DNA of 54,115 bases from a virus. Taxonomy: Duplodnaviria; Caudoviricetes. The notes below the pieces were generated by a model, which had not been told where the DNA came from, did not search any database, and worked only from the letters and a program-made list of their open reading frames with translations. Positions 19,101 to 31,100 of this stretch are shown in pieces. The position numbers and the translations under genes are program-made. Location: IMG/VR virus record IMGVR_UViG_3300027833_001621, positions 1 through 54,115 of that record, one strand, 5' to 3'. The number at the start of each line of letters is the position of its first letter. Position 1 is the first letter of the stretch.

Positions 19101-22100
19101 CATATGGTTCTGCACCAATGATGCTTAGAGGACACGATGGTAGTATAACAAAAGCATTTGGTGATTACAGAGACGACTTAGTTTTAGATTTAGAAAAAAG
19201 AATCTTTAATAATATTAAAACAGAATACGATACTACAATATTTGATATCAACGATTATCTTCCTAACACTTTTAGAAATACACAGTTTTCTAGAGTAGAC
19301 GTATATCAACCAATGATTACAGATTTTATTCAATGGTTAGAATTAATTGACGAAGATTATACTGTTCAAAAATATTATGATAGAGTAGATTCTTATTCTT
19401 GGAATTATTCAAATATGAATTCGCCTACAGGTGAGCGTTTGCCAGGATGGTGGAGAGGTGTATATAGGCAACTCTTTGACACAGATCGTCCGCATACTAA
19501 TCCTTGGGAAATGTTAGGCTTTACAATTAAACCTACATGGTGGGAAGCACAATATGGTCCTGCTCCATATACTAACGAAAACTTATTATTATGGGAAGAT
19601 TTACAAGCAGGTATTATTAGATCTGCAACAACAAATTTTTCAATTAACAAAAAATATGCTCGTCCAGGGCTATTAAACTTTATACCTGTAGATAGTAACG
19701 GTAACTTATTAAGTCCTTCAGATTCAAATGCTGTACAGCGTTTTGCGTCAGTTGGATTAGATGCTCCATTTAAGTTTGGTGACAATTCACCTATTGAAAA
19801 TGTATGGAGACAAAGTTCTGATTTTCCTTTCGCATTACTAACAAGTTGGATGATTAACTCACCAAGTTCATTACTAGCAACAGGATTTGATAGATCAAGA
19901 CAAATTAGAAATACACTAGGGCATATAGTTTATAAGCCTACAATGAAACATTTAACACTTGCTGACTTAGTGTTTCCGAATACTTCAAAAGAAGAAACAC
20001 AAGTATTAACATCTGGCATAGTAAATTATGTTGCTGCATATATGGCTAGTAGCGTAACAGCAAGTTATAGCAATTATGTTCGTAGATTAAAATCTATAAA
20101 AAATTGTTTAGCATTTAAGTTAGGCGGATTTACTGATAAATCTAAATTTAAATTAATTCTAGAATCCAGAACTCCGTTAAACAGCGGCAATGTGTTTATT
20201 CCAGAAGAAAATTATAATATATTATTGCACACTAGTTCTCCAATAAAAACAGTTAACTATAGCGGTGTTATTATAGAAAAACGTTCTACTGGGTTTGTTG
20301 TAAGAGGATACAACAAAGAAAATCCAGTATTTAAATGGTATCAGCCCTTTAGTTCAAATAAAGACGTTAATATAAACATTGGCGGAATATCAGAATCTTT
20401 TAGTAGCTGGGATGCCGGTAAGGTATATGTTAAAGGAAAAAATGTTCAATACTTAAACAATTTTTATACAGTATTAGAAACTCATACAGCAACAAGTGTT
20501 TTTGAAACAGCTAAGTTTGCAAAACTTCCTTCGTTGCCTACAGTTGGCGGCGCAGACGCAATATTTAAAGAACGCTTTAATAAATTTGATACACAAGTTT
20601 TATCTTATGGATCTAATCTAAATACAATACAAGATGTTGTAGACTTTTTACTAGGTTACGAACAGTGGTTGAAGGATCAAGGATTTAGATTTGAATACTA
20701 CGATGGTGACGAAAAAGTACTTTCAGATTGGAAAAATAGTTGTAGAGAGTTTATGTTTTGGAGTACACAAAACTGGAGCGAAGGAGCACTTATTGCACTA
20801 AGTCCAGTTGCTGACGAAATAAACTTTGAAACTGAATATTCAACAGTTGATAATATATTTGATAACTTTTATGGATATAGTTTATTAAAATCAGACGGTA
20901 CAAAGTTTGCAGAAGAGTTTACAAGAATAAGTAGACAAGAACCAAATAAATTTAAAATACGTCCTAGAAAAACTGGTGACGGTGTTTATGCTGTACAAAT
21001 ACCAATAATAAGAAAAGAACATATTGTATTATTAGATAATACAACAGTATTTGGTGATGTAATATATCAACCACCTACAGGTTACCGTCAAGATAGAATA
21101 CGTTCATTGGGTTATAGAACTGTAGACTGGGATGGTAGTTTAAACATTCCGGGCTTTATATATGATGAAGCTATTGTAACAGAATGGGAACCTTGGTCAG
21201 ACTACGGCGTTGGTGCATTAATTAAGCATAAACAATTCTATTACAGTTCAAACAATAAAGTAACAGGTACTGAATTATTTGAGTCATCTTCTTGGACACG
21301 ACTTTCTGAAAAACCAGAAAGTAAATTACTTACTAACTTTGAATACAAAACAAATCAGTTTGCAGACTTTTATGATCTTGATACAGATAACTTTGATGTA
21401 GAGCAACAAAAGTATGCACAACATCTAATAGGATATCAAAACAGAGATTACCTAGCAAACATTATTAATGACGATGTAAGTCAGTATAAATTCTATCAAG
21501 GAATGATTAAGGAAAAAGGTACATTAAACAGTCTTAATAAATTGTTTGATGTTCTTAGTGAAGCTGATAAAGAAAGTATTGACTTTTATGAAGAATGGGC
21601 AATTAAACAAAGTCAGTATGGAGCGAGTGAAGGATTTGACGAAGTTGAATTTAAATTAGACGAGGGTAAAATTAGAAATAATCCACAACCGTTTATACTT
21701 ACTAATAACATTACAGGCGAAGAAACCGATTTAATTTATAGAATATCTGATTTCCAAGTTTATAAAAAGCCTGCAAAATATAATAATAAGCCGTTCCCTA
21801 CAACTGATGATTTACCACAATTTACAAAGTCCCCGGGTTATACACATATTGAAGATGTGTCGGTTATATTAAGTAAGTACGAAGATCTTGTTTCTACAGA
21901 CTTTGGCAAGATTAAAAGCAATCAATATGTTTGGGTCGGCACCAAGAATGCACAATGGTCAGTATATCAACATGTAAACTCCGGTTATACTATTACAAGT
22001 ATTAAAGGAAACGCTACAGCGGTTAGTGTTGGCGCATCAGATAAAGACCAATTCAAAATTACAATTGATACTTCTGTATCAGATATAAAAGTTGGTGATA

Positions 22101-25100
22101 TTGTTGGAATTTATGATATTATTGAAACTGATTATACTACAGTTGATAGTACATATCCAATAGCAAATCAAACAACAGTAGATGTTGATGGATTTTTTAA
22201 AGTACTTAAAGTTAGTGTAAATGAAATTATTATTGAAACTGATAAAGTAATTTCAGACATTAATCAATGTAGAGGAATCTTAACAAAGTTTAATTCAGTA
22301 AGAGCAGAATCTTATGTACAAGCAAATGCTATTGCACAAGCAGGCATTGAAAAAGATAGCCTACTATGGGTTGATAGTGATGACAGCGGCGATTGGAGAG
22401 TTATTAAAAATAACAAACCGTTTAACTTATTGCAACGTGTCGAAGGCGAAGACAGAGTACCGTTTAATAGTTTCTCAGACAGAATAGCTGTTGATAGTAG
22501 AAACGTTACAATGGCAGTGTCAACACCGTTAAGTGGATCACTAGACGAATCACTTAATCCTGTTGCAGGCGATGGTAAAGTATTTGTTTATACTAGAGGC
22601 GGCAACAATCAAAACTTCCAATTTACACAAATTGTTGATCCGATAACACCATTAGCAGATTTACAAAAAGGATTTGGTAAAGGTCTTGGAATTAGTTCGG
22701 ATGGCAAATACTTAGTTGTTGGTTCGCCAGATAGTTCAAATGTAAAAACTAAATTCAAAGGACTTTATGATTCTACAGTTGATTATCAAAATACAGAAAT
22801 TGTTTCATACAATGATCAATTATGGGAAGCTGTAATTGATATTAATGGTGCTAATTTAGCACAACCGTTTGGTAGCTTTACATCAATGGTTGAAGTATTG
22901 TTGGATAACAATATTACTGGTGGTGAAATACAATTTAACAATTTACTAGCAGGTAATTATCCGTTTACAAATACTGATACAGATCACATATTAGTAAGAG
23001 CTGGCAAAGATCAGTACATAGCAACAGGTCCAGGAGATACTGTTTTCTTAGATTGGTATGCTACTACAACAGCAAACCAAGGACAAGATCCTGCTAATTT
23101 AACTAGAGCTCCGTTTGGAGGAGAATTACCGTCAGTAACTGAAGCGTTCTTAGAAAGCGGATTAGTAGTACAAAAGAAAATTGATGTAGTATTATATATT
23201 GATGCATTTTCAATAATACCAAGTGTAGGTGATCAAGTAGAATCACAAGGTGTATTTGGGTATGTAGAATATGTATATCAAGAAGGCCCGAGCGTTGTAA
23301 TTTATGTAGGCGGTAGTGTAGGACTTTGGCAAGAGACTGAAGCATTGTATTTAGAAACAGGAGAGTTTGTAGGACAATATGTTCGTAACGCTCCTAAGGA
23401 ATTAACACAAGTAGACACTACAGAAGATTTAGGTGGCTATTGGTGGTTTGATCTTCCTGCAACAGTAACAACAACAAATATCGTTGAAGATGAAGGTAGA
23501 GCATTAGCAATTTATAATGTTGTTCCTGCAGGTAAATCGGCAACTATAGCAGCTGGCGGAAATATTTACGATTATAATAATACTGAAATATTTGAAGGCG
23601 ATAATAATATTAACAGTTATATTAGAACATTTACTTCTGAAGGCGAACCAGGAGCATACGGAAACTTTGATGTTATTGAAAGTGACTTGTTTGTAGTCAG
23701 AGCACCTAAAACACTTACTGATATTCTTAGTAATGGTGACGATGTTAACCTATTAGTATTAAATTTACCAAACTTAAATGATCAATCGTATGTTGATATT
23801 ACACCAGCAGGAATAAATTATACTCAAACAAATAAAACCCACACGTTATATGATTTGTGGGACGGATTTATTGAATTTTCTTTAGATGAGCCAGATGACT
23901 TTGGTAATTATTATGAGCCACTAGTTGGACAATTTGTAAGAGATACTACAACAGGCGCAACAGCACAAATTACTTTCTATCAAAGAGATTCTAGAAATGC
24001 AACAATATTTGTTAAAGATGTTCAAGGTTCAAATAACTGGTCATTAGGTAGCGAAAGCGGCGAACCGTCTACTATTGAAATGTTAAGAATACCAACTAAC
24101 CCATCTCCGGTATACAATGTTACAAGAGAATTAGGAAATATTAAAACTACTTCATTAGGTAGTGATAACTTAGGCATAGGTAAACTTTGTGTATTCCAGC
24201 TTGATGCTGAAATTGCTACTGTTCCTGTAAACGATACTATAATAGGTGCAGAATATATTATCTATAAAGATACTACAATTTTAGGATTGCCAACAGATGC
24301 AAATATTCCATCCTCAATAAACTTGGATTGGAAAAATGTATATAGAGTTCCGGTAAATGCTGAAGGCGAAGCGTTAGCGTTAAACAACTATGGTATGTTC
24401 TCTGTGTACATTAGAGAAAACGTAAGTACATTTACTCCACAGGGATCTTTCATTGTTCCTGAGCAAATTGACGGATTGCGTATAGGGTCTAATATTAAAA
24501 TAGCCAAGCGTAACGAGTTGTATAAAGCGTTTATTGGCTGCGAAGGCGATGGAACAGAATCTAATCCAGGAAGAATATACTTTGTAAACAACGGAACAGA
24601 CGAAGAAGGAGTATCATACAACTGGGATCTTGCTAAAGATAAAAGATACAAGGGAGCATTTGGTAATGATAGAGATTACTATTTAAATGACATAGTATTT
24701 AATGATGGCAATTTTTACATTGCACAAACTAATATAGCAAACGGTGATAGCTTTAATATATTAGACTGGCAACTTGCTACTGATGATAAAATTAAAAGTA
24801 TTGATTACATTGGTTACATACCAAATAACACAGATCTTGTTTATAATAATGATTCGTCTTTAAAACTTGATGCAACTGGACTAACATCGTTTGGTAAAGA
24901 TTTTGATATTAGTGATGACGGCGAAGTATTAGTTGTTACAGCAGAGTACACAGACGCTCCTAACAAAGTTATTGTTTATAGAAATGTAAATGACAACTAT
25001 CAAAATTATCAAGAGTTTGAAGCAACACAAGTAAATGACGGTTTTGGCACACAAATAAGTGTAAGTCAAGACGGTTCAATGATTGCAATATCTGCTCCAA

Positions 25101-28100
25101 ATGCTAATACTGTAGATGGTGATGAAAGAGGTACAGTATATGTTTATACTTACAATCCTAAAACTAGTGTAAGAGCATTTGAACTAACACAAACACTAGT
25201 TAGTTCTAATCCAGTTAGAGGCGAAATGTTTGGCGGAAACATTGACTTTGACGGGAACATGTTATATGTAAGTGCATTTGCTGCACCTAGTGATGATGAA
25301 ACATTGTTTGATACTTATCAAGAACGTTTATATCCTGAAAGCATTACAAACGGACAAAAATATTTACTAGATCCTAATTCAGCAGGAACAGCGACAACAA
25401 CATTTGATAACGGGTTTACATCGTTTAAAAATATTATAGCTACAAATGGTGTAGTTTATGCTTATGACAGAATTGAAGATAGTTTAATATTTGGTCAAAC
25501 ACTTGATCTTAATAGTCCTAACATAAGATTCTTTGGTAAAAATATTACAGCTAAGAACAACCATTTGTATGTTGCATTACCTAGTTATGATAATGTAAAC
25601 AGTGATGGCGTGTCTACTAACAAGCCAGGATTAGTGTTAGATTATAGACGTGACGACAGTGCTAAAATATGGGAAACATATAGAGCACCATCTAAACCTG
25701 CTAATTTAGAAAAAATAAAACGTGTAATGTTGTATAACAAAAATAAGAATTCTATTATACAACATTTAGATTACATTGATCCTGTACAAGGCAAAATTGC
25801 AGGCCCAGCTGATCAAGAAATTCGTTACAAGTCTAGTTATGATCCGGCAACTTATGATGTAGGCACATCAGAGCTAGATGTTGACACTACTGAATCATGG
25901 GGAACAAGACAAGTTGGTCGAGTATGGTGGGATCTAACAACAGCTAAATTTGTAAACACATATTTAGATGGTAGTACAACTTATAAAAATAATAACTTTA
26001 ATACATTATTTGAAGGCGCTAGTATTGACATATATGAGTGGGTTGAATCTAAATTAAAACCTGAAGACTGGGATAAGTTATCTTTACAACCAGAGGGAGA
26101 AGCTAAAGGTGTTACTGGTATAACAAAGTACGGACCTGCGGCATATACTCAAAAACGTGTATACGATAGCATAGGAGAAAAATTTACTTCTTATTATTAC
26201 TATTGGGTAAAAAATAAAACAACAGCTCCTGACATTGAAGGCAGAAATATTAGTGTAGCAACTATTGCTAAATTAATTGAAAATCCAAGCGGTGCAGGAT
26301 ATAGATTTATTAGTATATTTGGTGACGATTCTTTTGCTTTACATAACTGTGAATCTTTAATTGAAGATCAGGATACAATACTAAACATTCAATACTGGAC
26401 ATTTAGTAACAAATATGACAACATACACAATCAATACCAAATCTTAGCAGAAGGACTTGATACGAGTAAACCGCATGTAGAAATAGAACAAAAATGGTTT
26501 GATAGTTTAGTAGGGTATGATAAGCAAGTGCGTCCTGTTCCAGACCCTGCATTAGCAGCTAATGAAAGATACGGAGTACTTAACAAGCCAAGACAGTCTT
26601 GGTTTATTAATAAAGTTGAAGCGGTAAAACAATTAGTTGAGCGCACAAATAAAGTTTTAAAAAGTACCTTAGTTACTGATGAAAAAGATATTTCTAAGTT
26701 GCAAGACTTTGATCCTGCACCAAGTTTAATATCACGACATTATGATGTAGCTGTAGATACTGAAGTTGATTTGCAATTTGTAGGTGTTTCTAGATTAATA
26801 CAATCAGAATTACTACCAATTATGCAAGACGGAAAAATTGTACGTGTTGACATTGTTAACTCTGGCAGGGGCTACAAAACAGCACCAACATATACTATTA
26901 CAGGACAAGGAACTGGCGCTGAGTTTGAAGTAGTAATAAACACAGCTGGTCAAATAACAGAAGTAAACATACTTAATTCGGGTTATAACTATAATGAAAA
27001 TACACAAATTAAAGTACGTCCGTTTACAGTTCTAGTAAATGCAGATAGTAATATCAGAGGCAACTGGGCGTTGTATCAAAGAGACTATACAGCTAGGGCC
27101 TGGGATAGAATTAACAGTCAGGCATACGATGTAACCAAATACTGGTACTACTGTGATTGGTATGCAACTGATTATAGTACATTTACTGAAATAGACTATG
27201 TTATTGATCAGAGCTATGGCTTACAAGGACTTGACGATAGCTTTGGCGACATTGTTAAGATTCTAAATGTAGGAACTGATGGATGGTTACTATTAGAAAA
27301 AATTGATAATCAAGATACAACAGACTATACTGTTAACTATAAAACAATTGGTAAACAAAACGGTACAATACAACTAAGTGAAAACTTATATAACTTTGAT
27401 CTAAGTAGAGTTGGTTTTGATACACAAACATTTGACACACAGTTCTTTGATAGTCAACCAATTATAGAAACAAGAATTGTATTAGAAACATTGAGAGATA
27501 GTATTTTAGTTGACGATTTGGCAACAGAGTATAATAAACTATTCTTTGCAAGTTTACGTTATGTATTCACAGAACAAGGATATGTTGACTGGGCATTTAA
27601 AACAAGTTTTGTAAAAGCACAACACAATGTAGGACGTCTAAGTAATCGTGTTACATATAAAAACGATAGCCTCGAAAGCTACGAAAAATATATTAACGAA
27701 GTTAAGCCTTACAAATCTAAAATTAGAGAATATATTTCAGATTATTCAACTCTTGAAAAGTCTGAAAGTGTAGTAAGTGATTTTGATAATCCTCCAAAAT
27801 ACAATAACGATACACAATCAATCGGAGTTAGTGATGTAAGAGTCATTAACGGACTACTAGCAGGATCACTTGATGGCTATGATACATATCCAAATAAGTT
27901 TTGGTTAGATAATGCTTCGTATAATGTTGTTGAAATATCAATTGCAGATACAGGATCAGGTTATTTAAGTGCTCCACAAATTATTATTGAAGGTAATGCA
28001 ACAGCAAAAGCTTCTTTAGGACCAGGTGGCAAACTATCATCGGTTACTATTACTAATTCAGGAAGTGATTACATTATTGCACCGACTGTAACAATTAACG

Positions 28101-31100
28101 GCACACTAGCAGATGGCGGAACACCGGCAAGAGTATCAGCTAAAATTGGTGACAGCTTAGTTAGGTCTATGCATACTACAGTTAAGTTTGATAGAGTTAG
28201 TGGAACATACTTTATTACACAGTTAAATGAAAGTGAAAATTTTGCTGGCACAGGAAGTACTACAGACTTTAATTTAAAATGGCCAATGGACATGCGTACT
28301 AACACTATTGAAATTACAATCAATGATGAGTTAGTATTAAATAGTCAATATGAATATAAGAATTATATTGATACTACAAGCAACTTTGACAAATATTATG
28401 GAAGAATAGTATTTGATCAACCGCCAGCAAATAATTCAGTAGTAACTATTAACTATAAAAAATCTATAGACTTACTAGATGCACAAGATAGAATTAGCTT
28501 ATTCTATAATCCAACTAGTGGACAAATAGGAAAAGACATTACACAGTTAATGGAAGGTGTTGATTACGGCGGCGTCCAAGTTAAGAGTTATGAGTTTGCA
28601 GGTCCTACAGGATGGGATACAGATAATTGGTATGCAGGATCTTGGGATATATTTGATCAAGAGTTTGATGATGAGTCTTTTGAAACAGACGGTTCAACAT
28701 TAGTATTTGATCTAAGTGCGCCATTACAAGCTGGTGTAAAATATAATGTTTATATTAACGGACAACGTGTTGATGATGATGCATGGGATGGAACTACAAG
28801 TGCAGATAGTCTAAACAATAAAAAGGCATTTATGGCTCCAATTACTGGAGACGGAGTAACTAACACGTTTACATTTGAAAATGAAACAGGCTATTATAAC
28901 TACCTTACTGAAATTAATCCAACATGGCAAGATAATCCACCAAGAGAAATTATAACAATTCGTAGATCTACATCAGATGGTTCGTTGTCCCCAGGACAAG
29001 ACAGTTTTGATACAGCACTACAAGGTGGCGACTTAGCATACACTACAGCACTTGGTATTAAAGCAGAAGAAATTAATGTCGATGGCGACGGATTTGTAAC
29101 ACCTACAACATCAAAAGGCCCAGAGGAAACTATTCCGGGGCAAGTACTTGATACATTAGATATTACAGTATACGAAAGACCAGTAAGCGGTTCTAGTTTA
29201 ATGCAAAGTCACATATTTAAAGGTGACGGAACTACAACAGTGTTTAATCTAAGAGAAAAACCTATCTCATATGAAAGTGTTATTGTTAAAGTTAACTATG
29301 CTGTAGTTTATGGAAAAACTAATTACAGAATTGATTTTGATACTAATCAAATAGTATTTTATGAAGCGCCGGCAGTAGGCGACAATGTTGTAGTAATGAC
29401 TATGGGAATTTCCGGAGAAGATATACTTGACTATGATGAGTTTATAGCAGATGGAACTACACAAGAATTTTTAACTAACATTAAATTTGCTGACACAATA
29501 AAAGCATATGTAACTGTAAACGGTGATAGTTTAGCTTATGAGTTAATTGAATCTGATGATAGTTACGAAGTACCGGGAAATTGTGTATTAAGATTTGTTC
29601 AACCACCAGAAGCTAATAGATTAATACAATATGGATTATTTGATAATGAAATACAGTCATTTAGTCAAGTAACAATCGACGAAATAGTAGCAGATGGTTC
29701 TTCTAGTAGTTATGAATTATCAAAGGCTCCGTTTAGTCAAGATCCGGCAGGATACCACACTATTGTTACAGTTAAATCTAGAGAAGGTTATGTTCCAGCA
29801 GTTCCAGCAGTTCCTGGAGGAGTTGCTGATCCAGAATACAACAATGCTGCAATTATTAATGTTGCAGGCGATGGTAGTGATTTCTTCAAACGTGAAGTTA
29901 CAACCAACGGTGTAAGAATTATGGGTGCTGGCACAGTAGGTGGACAAACAGCAGTTCCAGATGCGTGGTTAGAAAAAGTAGCACGTATGTTTGAACTGTT
30001 TACAGATGTAAATGGCGCAGGTATTAACGAATCATTCCAAAGAAATTTAATTAAGAATCTAAGTGGTGACGCAGGAACTTATCACGCAGGACTTCCAACT
30101 ATACAACGAGTAGCTAGAGGCGCAGGAGCAGATTATACTCCAAACTTCTTAACTGACCAAGGTGTTATTGATTGGAACCTAACAAACTTGTTTGACACTC
30201 ATGTTGCTAATGACATGGTGTGGTACCTAAACTCAACTGGTGACGGCTATGGCGACGGTGATCAAGACGCACAAGAAGTTATTGAACACGTATTCCACAC
30301 ACTACACATGCACGGGTTACCTGCAGACGATATAAAACTATATCAGTTCTTAGCCGCTGACTGGCAGACAGGTGATTTGTATGCCGCAATGGAAGAAGCA
30401 TACGATGCCGGCAAGTGGGATCCATCAGGTTATCAAGAAAATCCAGATGATTGGAAAACAATCGCAGATGCATTTGAAGTAGCCGCAAAAGAATACTTGT
30501 ACTTACTAAACTTCTGTATGTTTGAATACACAGAATTATGGGACGGTGGAAGTCTTGCTCCAGAATGGTCAGACGATATGCGTACCCAAGCAGGCATTCA
30601 AGCAAATAACCCATTAGGTTATGCGTTCCACAACACATATATTGCTCCAGTAATTAGTAAGCCATCACTTGCTACTATTAGAAGTATATTCCAAGACGGT
30701 AATACACCAGCACAGGACAATCCAGCACTAGCAGGTGCGTCAGGATATGTTGTTGATGTTGCAGGCGAAGGATCACCAGCTATACCAGAAGTACCTGGAA
30801 CAATTGTTGAGCGTGTATTAAATGCAGGTTACAGTGAAGTGTTTACTGTTGAAGAAAATGTATTAGAATACAAAATGAAAGTATGGCAAACTCCAGTAGG
30901 GTCACTATCGGGTACACGTTTAAAGGTATTCCTAAATGATACAGAAATTAGATTCTTACAAGACTGGACATTTGAAGGTGCAAGCTCCTTTAATCCAAAC
31001 ATTACTCCAGACGCACAGCCAGGAAGTACAGTAATACTTAATAGAGGTGTTGCAGCTGTAGGTGATAAACTAAAAGTATATGTTATGGATGATGGCGATT

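Noticed and set aside
29786-30810. Intein or self-splicing intron as the identity of the insert
   Set aside because: No Cys/Ser block A with terminal His-Asn, no LAGLIDADG motifs, and the frame is open with flexible linkers. It looks like a retained domain.
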